A stretch of 64,000 bases of DNA, taken from assembly GCA_030524315.1 (NCBI GenBank), contig JAUNGU010000002.1, forward strand, positions 2,749 to 66,748. Reading direction: 5' to 3'. This document shows, piece after piece, positions 44,738 to 54,109 of this stretch. Position 1 is the first letter of the stretch, and every line of letters begins with the position of its first letter. A program made the translations under genes and the position numbers. This DNA comes from Peptococcaceae bacterium (lineage in GTDB: Bacteria > Bacillota > Peptococcia > Peptococcales > Peptococcaceae). The notes below the pieces were generated by a model, which worked only from the letters and a program-made list of their open reading frames with translations, was not told the origin of the DNA and made no database searches.

Positions 44738-46141
44738 TTATTTGTCGCGCATGTGCACCGGTGGGAAGAGGCTGTCGCGTCGGTCGGCGATTTTGACGTA
44801 TTCCTGGCGCGGTGCGATGCCGTTGTAGGCGGGGCGAATGATTTTGCTGTTTTGGCAGAGCTCCTCGAGGCGATGGGCACACCAGCCGCTGATGCGCGCC
44901 ATGGCAAAAATCGGCGTGTAGAGCTCCTCGGGGATGTTGAGCATGTCATAGACAAAGCCGCTGTAGAAATCGACGTTGGCGCTGACGCCCTTGTAGATTT
45001 TGCGGCGTTCGGCGATGACCTCGCCGGCGATTTTGTCAAACTTCATGTAGAGGTTGCACTCGTCCTCGCGGCCCTTTTCCTTGGACAGCTTGTAGACAAA
45101 ATCCTTGAGCACCATGGCGCGGGGGTCGCTCTTGGAATAGACGGCGTGGCCCATGCCGTAGACGAGGCCCGTGTGGTCAAAGGCTTTTTTGTCGAGGAGC
45201 GCATCGAGATAGCGATGGATTTCTTCGTCGCTGTCCCAATCCTTGACGTGGCTCTTGAGATCCTCAAACATGTGGCGCACCTTGATATTGGCGCCGCCGT
45301 GGCGTGGCCCCTTGAGGGAGCAGAGGGCACTGGCGATGGCCGAATAGGTGTCGGTGCCCGTGGAGGTGACGACGCGGGTGGTGAAGGCCGAGTTGTTGCC
45401 GCCGCCGTGGTCGGCGTGGACAATCAGACAGAGGTCGAGAATGCGCGCCTCAAGCTCGGTGTAGGATTTGTCAGGACGGATCATATAGAGGAGCGTCTCG
45501 GCCTGAGAGAGGTTTTTTGGCGGCACGTGGAGCACGAGGCTGTTGCCGTTGTGATAATGGTCGTAGACGCAATAGGTGTAGGCGGCGAGCATTGGGAAGC
45601 TGGCGATGAGCTGCAAGCACTGGCGCATGACGTTTGGCAGGCTGATGTCATCGGCGCGTTCGTCGTAGGTGTAGAGGGTGAGGATGGAGCGGGCCAGGCC
45701 GTTCATGACGTTGTTGGCCGGTGCCTCCATGATGATGTCGCGGACAAAGCCGTCAGGCAGCGTGCGATGGCGGCCCATTTCCTGCTGGAAGAGGCCCAGC
45801 CGCGAGGCGCTTGGCAAATCGCCTGTGAGCAGGAGGTAGGTGATTTCTTCAAAGCCGAAGCGCTGGTCCTCAATGATGCCCCGCACCAAATCCTCCACAT
45901 CGTAGCCGCGGTAATAGAGCTTGCCGTCACATGGCTGCACCTTGCCGTCGACCTTTTCGTAGGCGTGGATGTCGGCGATATTTGTCAGCCCCGCCACGAC
46001 GCCCTGGCCGTTGATGTCGCGCAGGCCGCGCTTGACGTTGTGCTCAGCGTAGAGGGCGGGATCAATGCGCGAATTGCGCTCTAATTTTTTTGTCAGCGAA
46101 TGGACACCCGGGGTGATGCGTATAAAATCATGTCTATTCAT
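44738..46141 (-). CDS. citrate synthase
   Basis: GPRHGGAN and HADHGGGNNSAF motifs. AAGGAAG RBS. The antisense ORF 44753..46084 is rejected. Confidence 0.9.
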   Translation of the reverse strand: MNRHDFIRITPGVHSLTKKLERNSRIDPALYAEHNVKRGLRDINGQGVVAGLTNIADIHAYEKVDGKVQPCDGKLYYRGYDVEDLVRGIIEDQRFGFEEITYLLLTGDLPSASRLGLFQQEMGRHRTLPDGFVRDIIMEAPANNVMNGLARSILTLYTYDERADDISLPNVMRQCLQLIASFPMLAAYTYCVYDHYHNGNSLVLHVPPKNLSQAETLLYMIRPDKSYTELEARILDLCLIVHADHGGGNNSAFTTRVVTSTGTDTYSAIASALCSLKGPRHGGANIKVRHMFEDLKSHVKDWDSDEEIHRYLDALLDKKAFDHTGLVYGMGHAVYSKSDPRAMVLKDFVYKLSKEKGREDECNLYMKFDKIAGEVIAERRKIYKGVSANVDFYSGFVYDMLNIPEELYTPIFAMARISGWCAHRLEELCQNSKIIRPAYNGIAPRQEYVKIADRRDSLFPPVHMRDK

Positions 46142-46377
46142 TGAAGCACTTCCTTTGAAAAAAATTATAAATCTATCGGGTCGTTTTGCGAATTTTTTAA
46201 TAGTTAGGTTCCATTATAACATATAAAATGTTTAGACTTCTATACTAAGAATGTTAAATTTTTCACATTCCATAAAAATCCGACAACAGGCCGCGGGCTG
46301 TGTTTTTTTAAGGTGGGCATTTATCACAGCGATAGGCAGCAGCTGGCTGTTTGCGGCCGCTAATGGCCCCTCAAGTA

Positions 46378-46406
46378 TTGACCCCCCATGGATAATAGGA
46401 TAAAAT
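46378..46406 (+). promoter_or_regulatory. promoter TTGACC-17-TAAAAT upstream of murA
   Basis: -35 at 46378-46383, 17-nt spacer, -10 at 46401-46406. Confidence 0.5.
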
Positions 46407-46453
46407 AAAAATAATGCTGATAGAGGAGGTGACGTCGGCTCTGGCCGAAATCT

Positions 46454-47725
46454 ATGGATAAGATTATTGTGAGTGGTGGCCATCCATTAAATGGAACGGT
46501 TCGCATCAGCGGCGCGAAAAATTCTGTGCTGCCAATTATTGTAGCCACCTTGCTGTCTGAGGGTCGGTGTGTATTAGAGGATGTGCCTCGCCTGGCCGAT
46601 GTTCAAATTATTAAGGATGTGCTGGGCTCTTTGGGGTCGGAGGTATCCTTTGAAGAAAATACGATGATGGTTAATGGGGCCACCGTGGACAAGGTTCAGG
46701 CACCCTACGAATACATCAAAAAAATGCGCGCATCGGTGCTCATCATGGGGCCGCTGTTGGCGCGATTTGGGCGTGCGGTGCTGAGCCTGCCCGGTGGCTG
46801 CGCCATTGGCGCCCGACCAATCGATTTGCATCTCAAGGGCTTGGAAACCTTGGGCGCACAGATCACCATTCGTGACGATGAGGTGATTGCCGAGGTGCCA
46901 GGTGGCAAGCTCAAGGGTGGTCATATTTTCCTGCGTGTGCCAAGCGTGGGCGCGACAGAGAATCTGATGATGGCAGCGAGCCTCGCCGACGGGGAAACGA
47001 CCATCGAAAATGCGGCAGAGGAGCCGGAAATTGTCGATCTCGCCAACTTCCTCAATGCCATGGGTGCCAGGGTGCGTGGCGCGGGGACGGGCATCATCCG
47101 TATCAAGGGTGTCGATGTTCTTCATGGTGCGTCGCATGCGATCATCCCTGATCGTATCGAAGCGGGCAGCTATCTTTTGGCAGGGGCGCTACCGGGTAAT
47201 CGCGTCACCGTCTCCAACTGCATCGCTGATCATCTCCTGCCTGTGCTGGACAAGATTCGCGAAAGCGGCGCCACCGTTGAGATCAACAACATGGCCAATA
47301 CCGTCACCGTCATCGGCGGCGAGCGCATCAAGCCGGTGGATGTGACAACGCTGCCATATCCGGGCTTCCCAACGGACATGCAGAGCCAGTTCATGGCTTA
47401 CATGACCTTGGCCGATGGCACCAGCCAATTCACCGAAACCATCTTTGAAAATCGCTATATGCACGTTGATGAGCTGCGCAAAATGGGCGCAGACATCAAG
47501 GTCGAAGGCCGCAACGCCTTTGTCAAGGGCGTGCCAACGCTCTACGGCGCCAAGGTGCGCGCCACCGATTTGCGCGCCGGTGCAGCGCTGATCATCGCCG
47601 GTCTCGCCGCCAAGGGCGAAACGACCATCGGCGATCTCTATCATCTGGATCGAGGATACGAGGATTTGATTGGCAAATTCCAGAGCCTCGGCGCCGTCAT
47701 CCAACGACTGGACGATGGGACCTGA
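46454..47725 (+). CDS. murA: UDP-N-acetylglucosamine 1-carboxyvinyltransferase
   Basis: [25 protein letters not shown]-terminus and full-length MurA similarity. Confidence 0.97.
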   Translation: MDKIIVSGGHPLNGTVRISGAKNSVLPIIVATLLSEGRCVLEDVPRLADVQIIKDVLGSLGSEVSFEENTMMVNGATVDKVQAPYEYIKKMRASVLIMGPLLARFGRAVLSLPGGCAIGARPIDLHLKGLETLGAQITIRDDEVIAEVPGGKLKGGHIFLRVPSVGATENLMMAASLADGETTIENAAEEPEIVDLANFLNAMGARVRGAGTGIIRIKGVDVLHGASHAIIPDRIEAGSYLLAGALPGNRVTVSNCIADHLLPVLDKIRESGATVEINNMANTVTVIGGERIKPVDVTTLPYPGFPTDMQSQFMAYMTLADGTSQFTETIFENRYMHVDELRKMGADIKVEGRNAFVKGVPTLYGAKVRATDLRAGAALIIAGLAAKGETTIGDLYHLDRGYEDLIGKFQSLGAVIQRLDDGT

Positions 47726-47732
47726 TTCATTG

Positions 47733-47775
47733 CACAAAAAAAACGATGAGATTTTCGTCTCATCGTTTTTTTGTG
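47733..47775. terminator. bidirectional terminator (murA / phosphoesterase convergent)
   Basis: ACGATGAGA...TCTCATCGT stem flanked by A8 and T8. Confidence 0.85.
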
Positions 47776-47782
47776 CGCATTT

Positions 47783-48334
47783 TTAGCGGATGGTGTCGCG
47801 CATGTAAATCTCCTGGGTGTCGAGCTTTTTCCAGAGGATGTCATTGCCATCGATGACCATGTAGCTGCGCGGCGAGTCCTTCTTGGGAATGGTCGTCGAG
47901 CCGGGATTCATGTAGCGGTGGCTGAGATACTGCTCGTCGGCCGGAATATGGGTGTGGCCGTGGAGGAGAATCGTCTGAGCGTTTGCGATCGGTGGCAGGT
48001 GGTCGTTGTTGTAAATGTGGCCGTGGGTGACAAAGAAGGGCACGCCCTCGATAAAGAGCTGCACATAATCGGCCATGCAGGGGAAGTCGAGCATCATCTG
48101 GTCGACCTCGGCCTCGCAGTTGCCGCGCACGGCGATGATTTTGTCCCCCGCGCCATTGAGGAGGGCAGCGACGGTTTTGGGATCGTATTCATCAGGCAGA
48201 TTGTTGCGCGGGCCGTGGTAGAGCAAATCGCCCAAGAGCACCAGCACGTCGGCGTTTTCCTGGCGGAAGCGTTCCAAAAGCAGGCGCGTGCAGTGGGCGC
48301 TGCCGTGAAGATCCGATGCGATAAGATATTTCAT
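47783..48334 (-). CDS. YfcE-like metallophosphoesterase (MJ0936 family)
   Basis: MKYLIASDLHGS, LGDLLYHGPRN, GNCE and GHTH motifs. Confidence 0.85.
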   Translation of the reverse strand: MKYLIASDLHGSAHCTRLLLERFRQENADVLVLLGDLLYHGPRNNLPDEYDPKTVAALLNGAGDKIIAVRGNCEAEVDQMMLDFPCMADYVQLFIEGVPFFVTHGHIYNNDHLPPIANAQTILLHGHTHIPADEQYLSHRYMNPGSTTIPKKDSPRSYMVIDGNDILWKKLDTQEIYMRDTIR

Positions 48335-48363
48335 AGGTCAATCCTTTCTATTCGTAGCAAAAT

Positions 48364-49515
48364 TTACGGCGTTTCCTTGTGGGGATGGAATTTGAGCACA
48401 AGGACAATGGCCAGGATGATAAAGAGGCACAGCGCCAGGTACATGTGCGCAAAGCCGATGCGTTCGCTGAGCACGCCCGCCAAGAGGGCGCCAAAGCCGA
48501 TGCCCAAATCAAAGCCAATGAAGAAGGTGCCGTTGGCGGCGCCAAATCGGCTCTGCGGCGCGTTCATGACCGCTAGGCTCTGCATTGTCGTCTGCGCCCC
48601 GCCAAAGCCGGCGCCGTAGAGAAATCCGCTGACCAAAAGTGCCGTGAGGCTCTCGGCAAAGCCCAAAATCAACAGCGACGCCAGCATACAAGCAAAGGCC
48701 GGCATCGTCGTCCTGGTGACACCAAAGCGGTCGACGGCGCTACCGATGCACAGGCGCACAATGATCAGCCCGATGGCGTAGAAGGTGAAGAAGACGCCGA
48801 TGTTTTCCATGCCCATGGTGATCGCATAGAGGGGCACATAGGTGGTGACGGCGCTCATGGTGAGGGTGATTACCGCCATGATCACAGCCGGGAGAACGGC
48901 AGATTTTTCGATGATGGCATCGCGGCCCTTGGGCTTTTGGGTGACGCGGCGCACCGGTGGGCCGAAGGGATAGAGCATCCCCAGCGCCAGGGCGCAAATG
49001 AGAAAGCCCGTGCTTACGTAGATCATCCCTGAAAAGCCCATGCGGTCCATGAGATCCACCGCCAGCGCCGGTGCAAAGGCCAGCGCCACCGACATCGAGA
49101 GGCCAAAGATGCCCACGCCCTTGCCAATCATCTGGCGCGGAATGACGTCAGTGGCCAGGGTGCTTGTGGAGGTCGAGGCAAAGCCCCAGTCGACGCCGTG
49201 GACGATGCGCAGGAGAATAATGAAGAGCACCGTCGAAACCAGCGAATAGCTCCAGATGAGCACCACCAGCGCCGCCATGCTTATAAAGAACACCATGCGT
49301 CTGCCGAAGGTGTCGAGAATATCCCCGGCGATCGGCCGCACCAGCACCGAGCCAACGGTGAAGACGCCGATGCACAGGCCCGTCGTCGATTCGCTGATGC
49401 CAATCTGCTGAAAATAAATTGGCAGCGACGGGTTGATCATGTTGAAGCTGAGAAAGATCAGGAAGTTGATCGCCATGATCATAATAAACGGGCGGCTCCA
49501 GAGTTTACTGGCCAT
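48364..49515 (-). CDS. MFS transporter (12 TM)
   Basis: TM-rich 383-aa ORF with a DxxGRR-like loop (DTFGRRM). Overlaps the end of the upstream gene by 11 nt. Confidence 0.85.
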   Translation of the reverse strand: MASKLWSRPFIMIMAINFLIFLSFNMINPSLPIYFQQIGISESTTGLCIGVFTVGSVLVRPIAGDILDTFGRRMVFFISMAALVVLIWSYSLVSTVLFIILLRIVHGVDWGFASTSTSTLATDVIPRQMIGKGVGIFGLSMSVALAFAPALAVDLMDRMGFSGMIYVSTGFLICALALGMLYPFGPPVRRVTQKPKGRDAIIEKSAVLPAVIMAVITLTMSAVTTYVPLYAITMGMENIGVFFTFYAIGLIIVRLCIGSAVDRFGVTRTTMPAFACMLASLLILGFAESLTALLVSGFLYGAGFGGAQTTMQSLAVMNAPQSRFGAANGTFFIGFDLGIGFGALLAGVLSERIGFAHMYLALCLFIILAIVLVLKFHPHKETP

Positions 49516-50320
49516 TGTCGGTTCCCTCCTCAGTGGTGGATGCAGCTTGGGTGTTTTCGGTGGCTTCGGTCGTGGCCTTTGGACGGGTCATTGGATCAAA
49601 GCGGGTCAGGTTGTATTCATTGATGAGAGAAATCAGTTTGGACGCGTAGCTCGGATCGGTGGCGTAGCCCCCTTCCTGCAGGGCGCGGGCGGCGATGGCA
49701 GGCGAGGCGGCCTCGACCGCGTCGGCAAAATGGGCGTTTTGGGTGAGGAGCTCGGCGTAATCCTTGAAGCACTCGGACGGGCTGCTGTAAACGCAAAAAT
49801 CGTCCTTGATTGTCGTCTTCTTGCCGGAATAATATTCGGTCGTCGTCAGGCGCACGCTTTTGTGGTGGCCGTGGACCTTGATGCCAAAATAATTGTTGTA
49901 ATCAAAGGAGAGCTGGGATTCGCCGTATTGGCTTTCCAGTGCTGCCTGGGCGAGCATCACCGAGGGATAGACGCCGTAGGTGTGGTATTTTTCGGCAATC
50001 GGCCCGAGATAATCAAAGAAGCTTTCCGGGTCGCCGACTTGGTAGCTGGCTTCGGCATTGGCCGTGTAGGTTTTTTCGGGCTCCACATAATCGGTCAGGC
50101 CGATGAGATTGAGGGCGCAGAGCATGAGAAAGACACCGACAGTGAAAACGAAAAGCCGCATGACGCGATCGTCGTAGTGGGTCTTTTGGCTGCGGGCTGG
50201 CTTTTTTGCAGGGGTCTTTGTAGTAGTGGGCTTTCGTGAGGTCGCAGATTTTTTCTTAGCACGTTGTGAAGTAAAAGGCGGTGCGCTTTTTTTTCGAGAG
50301 GCCTTTTTTCGAGGGCTCAT
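49505..50320 (-). CDS. membrane-anchored glucosaminidase-domain (GH73-like) peptidoglycan hydrolase
   Basis: Basic N-terminus, one TM helix, then MLAQAALESQYGESQL...NNYFGIK glucosaminidase motifs. Confidence 0.8.
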   Translation of the reverse strand: MSPRKKASRKKSAPPFTSQRAKKKSATSRKPTTTKTPAKKPARSQKTHYDDRVMRLFVFTVGVFLMLCALNLIGLTDYVEPEKTYTANAEASYQVGDPESFFDYLGPIAEKYHTYGVYPSVMLAQAALESQYGESQLSFDYNNYFGIKVHGHHKSVRLTTTEYYSGKKTTIKDDFCVYSSPSECFKDYAELLTQNAHFADAVEAASPAIAARALQEGGYATDPSYASKLISLINEYNLTRFDPMTRPKATTEATENTQAASTTEEGTDNGQ

Positions 50321-50420
50321 TCACAAATGCTCCTTTCTCTTTGAGGTCATCCAATAATTATATCATGAAAGAGTTTTTTGAGCAAATCTCTACGCAAAAC
50401 TGCTAGTCACTGATTTGCTG

Positions 50421-50449
50421 TTGAAAGCTGGGGGCCCATCGCATAGAAT
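50421..50449 (+). promoter_or_regulatory. promoter TTGAAA-17-TAGAAT upstream of tex
   Basis: -35 at 50421-50426, 17-nt spacer, -10 at 50444-50449. Confidence 0.5.
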
Positions 50450-50494
50450 AGAGAGAAGATTATCCGCTGGAAAAATTGAGAGGAGCGAAAACCA

Positions 50495-52633
50495 TTGACC
50501 ATTGAGGAACGCCTGGAAAAAGAATTTGCGATGCCTGTCAAGCGCGTGGAAAAAACCATCGCGCTTTTGGACGACGGTGCCACGGTGCCCTTCATTGCTC
50601 GCTATCGCAAGGACGAAACAGGAGGGCTCGACGACCAGGTGCTGCGCGCCTTTGCCGATGCGCTGGAGGGCTATCGCCGCATCGAGAGCCGCCGCGCCGA
50701 TGTGCTGCGGCTGATTGACGAGCAGGGCAAGCTCACAGATGCGTTGGCTGCAAAAATTGCTGCCGCTACCCAGATGACCGAGCTTGAGGATCTCTACCGG
50801 CCGTATCGGCCCAAGCGCAAAACCCGCGCCAGCATCGCCGAAGCCCGCGGCCTCGCGCCCTTGGCAGAGGCTTGGCTCGCTGGCGCAGATGGCGCGAGCT
50901 TGAGCGCGCAGGCGGCTGCACTTGCCGATGCAAGCGACGAGCTTGAGACGGTCGAGGCTGCCATTGACGGCGCCTGCGACATTCTCGCCGAGCGCTTGGC
51001 CGACGATGCCGACATACGCGCTCAGCTCCGCGACGCCATGGCCAAGCATGCCGTGCTCACGACCAAGGCTGGCAAAAAGCCCGATCCCCTCTACGACAAC
51101 TATCTCGACTACAGTGAGCTCCTGGCCAAGATGGCCGCCCATCGCATTCTCGCCATCGGGCGCGCCGAACGCGACGAGGCGCTGATTGTGCATCTGGACA
51201 CCGACGAGGAGGCCGCCGTCTACGTCCTCTACAAGCACATTTATCGCAAGGGCATGGCCTGGCAGACGCGCCTCCAAGACATGTGCCGCGATTGCTACAA
51301 GCGTTTGCTCAAGCCGTCGCTGGAAAAAGAGGTGCGCAAGGCGCGCACAGAATGGGCCGAGGATCAGTCCACTGTGCTCTTCCAAAAGAACCTGCGCGAT
51401 CTCCTTTTGCAGCCGCCGGTGCGCGGTCACGTGGTGCTGGGCTTTGACCCCGGCTTTGCCAACGGCTGCAAGCTTGCCGTCATCGACACCACCGGCAACG
51501 TCCTCGAGACCGTCGTTATCCATCCCTTCCGCAAGAGCAAGGGCAGCCGTGCCCGCGCGGAGGACGTGCTGCGGGATCTCATCAGCCGCCACCACGTGAG
51601 CCTCATCGCCATCGGCAACGGCACCGCCTCGCGCGAAAGCGAGCGACTCGTCGCCGAGCTCCTCGAGGGGCAGGATGGCTGCGGCTGGTACATTGTCAGC
51701 GAGGCGGGGGCGTCGATTTATTCGGCCTCGCCCCTTGCCGCCGAGGAATTTCCCGACCTCGATGCCACCCTCCGCAGCGCCGTCTCCATCGCTCGCCGCG
51801 TCCAGGACCCGCTGGCAGAGCTCGTAAAAATCGACCCGCGCTCCATCGGCGTCGGCCAGTACCAGCATGACATCGACCAGAAAAAGCTCACCCACGCCCT
51901 CGACGGCGTCGTCGAGGACTGCGTCAACCACGTCGGCGTCGATCTCAACACCGCCAGCGTTTCGCTCTTGTCCCACGTCGCTGGGGTTAACAACACCCTG
52001 GCCAAAAACATTGTCGCCTATCGCGACGCCAATGGCAATTTTGCCAGCCGCAAGGCCCTGCTCAAGGTGCCAAAGCTCGGACCGAAAACCTTCGAGCAGT
52101 GCGCCGGTTTTCTGCGCATTCCCGACGGCACCGAGATGCTCGACAACACCCAGGTCCATCCCGAAAGCTACGACAAGGTCCGCGATATGGCCGCCCTCTT
52201 TGACTGCGCGCCATCGCCGGCCCTCGCCGAAAAAGCCCGCGCCGCCATGCCTGTGCGCGCCCTCGCCGAAAAGCTCGCCCTCGGCCCACAAACCCTCGCC
52301 GATATTCTCGACGCCCTGGAAAAGCCGGGCCGCGATCCCCGCGAGGATTTGCCCCAGCCAGTGCTGCGCCACGACCTCCTCCGCCTCGAGGATTTGGAGG
52401 CTGGCATGGAGCTCGAGGGCACCGTCACCAACATCGCCGCCTTTGGCGCCTTTGTTGACATCGGCCTCCACGAAAACGGCCTCGTCCACGTCTCCCAGCT
52501 CGCCGACCGCTACGTCAAGGATCCCCTCACCGTCGTCCGCGTCGGCCAAGTCGTCAATACCCGTGTCCTCGACGTCGACCGCAAACGCCGCCGCATCAGC
52601 CTCTCTATGCGCGACGTCAAACAGCCGGAATAA
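50495..52633 (+). CDS. tex: Tex family transcription accessory protein (S1 RNA-binding domain)
   Basis: VPFIARYRKD N-terminal motif, YqgF/RuvC-like and HhH regions, and C-terminal S1 domain (GTVTNIAAFGAFVDIG). TTG start. The 719-aa antisense ORF is rejected. Confidence 0.95.
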   Translation: MTIEERLEKEFAMPVKRVEKTIALLDDGATVPFIARYRKDETGGLDDQVLRAFADALEGYRRIESRRADVLRLIDEQGKLTDALAAKIAAATQMTELEDLYRPYRPKRKTRASIAEARGLAPLAEAWLAGADGASLSAQAAALADASDELETVEAAIDGACDILAERLADDADIRAQLRDAMAKHAVLTTKAGKKPDPLYDNYLDYSELLAKMAAHRILAIGRAERDEALIVHLDTDEEAAVYVLYKHIYRKGMAWQTRLQDMCRDCYKRLLKPSLEKEVRKARTEWAEDQSTVLFQKNLRDLLLQPPVRGHVVLGFDPGFANGCKLAVIDTTGNVLETVVIHPFRKSKGSRARAEDVLRDLISRHHVSLIAIGNGTASRESERLVAELLEGQDGCGWYIVSEAGASIYSASPLAAEEFPDLDATLRSAVSIARRVQDPLAELVKIDPRSIGVGQYQHDIDQKKLTHALDGVVEDCVNHVGVDLNTASVSLLSHVAGVNNTLAKNIVAYRDANGNFASRKALLKVPKLGPKTFEQCAGFLRIPDGTEMLDNTQVHPESYDKVRDMAALFDCAPSPALAEKARAAMPVRALAEKLALGPQTLADILDALEKPGRDPREDLPQPVLRHDLLRLEDLEAGMELEGTVTNIAAFGAFVDIGLHENGLVHVSQLADRYVKDPLTVVRVGQVVNTRVLDVDRKRRRISLSMRDVKQPE

Positions 52634-52640
52634 AACGCAC

Positions 52641-52686
52641 GCAAAAAAATCCCTTCTGTCGATGGATTGACAGAAGGGATTTTTGC
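52641..52686. terminator. bidirectional terminator (tex / stalk-domain gene convergent)
   Basis: ATCCCTTCTGTC...GACAGAAGGGAT stem flanked by A7 and T5. Confidence 0.85.
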
Positions 52687-52696
52687 GTGGTACGTG

Positions 52697-53989
52697 TTAG
52701 TAACCGCGCGTGAAGGTGACGCGGCTTGTGAGGCCTTGGTCATTAGAGTAGGCCTGGACACTATAGCCGATGAACTCGGCGACGAAGCGGATTGGCACCA
52801 TGGTGCGGCCGTCGCTATTGATATACGGCACGGCGTCCATTTGGTAGACCTTGCCGTCGATGGCGTAGTGGTTGTAGCCGACAGACATGGTCAGGACGCG
52901 GTCGTCATAATAGGTGGTGATGGTGCGGACGCTGTTGTTGTATTCGACGCGCGCTCCCAAGAGCTCGCCAATGGCGCGGAATGGGACGTAGGTGCGGCCG
53001 CCTTTGACGACAGGTGCCGTGTCCATCTGGATCGGGCGATCGTCGACGTTCATACTCGTGGAGCCAATGTTGAATTCAACGGTGCGTGGCCGGTAAACGT
53101 ATTCGCTCAGAGGCACGACCACCGGCTGATCACTCAGAGAGCAACGCAGCTCGAGGGTGGTGCTGTCTGTGGCCTGGCCGTTGATGGTGAAGCGAGCGAT
53201 GCCGTTTTCATCGGTGCGCACCATGACGTTGGAGAGGGAGACGATTTCCGAGGCCGTGTTGAGATAGACGGGAACGTCAGCGCCGACGTTTGTGCCATTA
53301 GATCGCAGGAGCTGGAGCTGGACCTCGGTTTTGACGGTTGTGCTCGTATCCAAGGAAATCGACGAGGAAATCGTCTGGTTGCGCGGATTGTTGATGGCAA
53401 AGGAATCGGCGCTGAGGCCGCGGATCGTGCTCGAGACGACCATGATCGCCACATCAGATGCCGGTGTGGCGTCGATGATAATGGTGCGATGGGCCGCGCT
53501 GCCGCCCGTCAGCTCAAAGGGCCAGTAGTTGGTGACGTTGTTGGGATCAATGTTTCCCGTCGGCATGTAGAGGGCGTGGAGCTCGTAGCTACCCGAGGTG
53601 GTCAGCGTCAGGCTGAAGCGCTGGGATGTTTTGAGGGAAGCGGCGTCCATAATGAGCACGCCCTGGCGGCTCGTCTGGTGGATGTAGACCTTGCTTGCAA
53701 GGGAGCGATCGACGACGTCGAGGTCTGTGACGATCTCGTCGTTTTCATCGGTGGCCCAGATGTAGACCTTGCCCGGGGGCGTGGAGGAGATGGCGTTTCC
53801 GGCGGCATTTTTGAGCTGGATTGTCACTGGAAAGCTGTGGTACGGATAGGCGTGGGTATTGCTGGCGCCGGTGGTGATCACCGATTGGTCCGGGGACGCT
53901 TCGTAGTCGACGGCTTCGGCCGGTTGGATACAGCCAGCGGTGAGCAAGGCGGCGACAAAGGCGAGCGCCGCGAGAAATTTTTTGTGCAG
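52697..53989 (-). CDS. secreted/lipoprotein with Ig-like repeats and C-terminal copper amine oxidase N-like stalk domain; probable CTG start
   Basis: C-terminus GGRTYVPFRAIGELLGARVEYNN...DGRTMVPIRFVAEFIGYSV. The ORF track starts at TTG 53947 (MLTAGC...), but the signal peptide n- and h-regions (HKKFLAALAFVAALL) lie upstream of it. They are in frame behind CTG 53989, which sits 7 nt after GGAGG. Confidence 0.75.
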   Translation of the reverse strand: MHKKFLAALAFVAALLTAGCIQPAEAVDYEASPDQSVITTGASNTHAYPYHSFPVTIQLKNAAGNAISSTPPGKVYIWATDENDEIVTDLDVVDRSLASKVYIHQTSRQGVLIMDAASLKTSQRFSLTLTTSGSYELHALYMPTGNIDPNNVTNYWPFELTGGSAAHRTIIIDATPASDVAIMVVSSTIRGLSADSFAINNPRNQTISSSISLDTSTTVKTEVQLQLLRSNGTNVGADVPVYLNTASEIVSLSNVMVRTDENGIARFTINGQATDSTTLELRCSLSDQPVVVPLSEYVYRPRTVEFNIGSTSMNVDDRPIQMDTAPVVKGGRTYVPFRAIGELLGARVEYNNSVRTITTYYDDRVLTMSVGYNHYAIDGKVYQMDAVPYINSDGRTMVPIRFVAEFIGYSVQAYSNDQGLTSRVTFTRGY

Positions 53990-54062
53990 GATTGTCCCTC
54001 CCGTTTGTTATTATTTCTCCATTTTAACAAATCTTCCGCTATTTTTCGTTGCAATATGATGT

Positions 54063-54103
54063 CAAAAAAAGACGAACCATTTCCGCAGGGCAGAAATGGT
54101 CCG
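54063..54103 (-). terminator. terminator after the zinc-ribbon membrane protein gene
   Basis: Minus strand GGACCATTTC...GAAATGGTTC stem followed by a T-run. Confidence 0.65.
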
Positions 54104-54109
54104 TGAATA

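Noticed and set aside
44753-46084. 443-aa plus-strand ORF
   Set aside because: It is antisense to citrate synthase.
46423-46461. GAGGAGG 24 nt upstream of the murA ATG, considered as evidence for an earlier start or a leader peptide
   Set aside because: The murA frame has a TGA at 46430-46432, and the only upstream frame (GTG 46429) abuts the SD with zero spacing. The [10 protein letters not shown]-terminus matches canonical MurA.
50390-52549. 719-aa minus-strand ORF, the longest in the track after the SNF2 gene
   Set aside because: It lies exactly antisense to tex, whose product has clear Tex/S1 motifs. Its composition (Ala/Gly/Val/Asp/Leu-rich, no motifs, no RBS) is typical of shadow ORFs in GC-rich genes.
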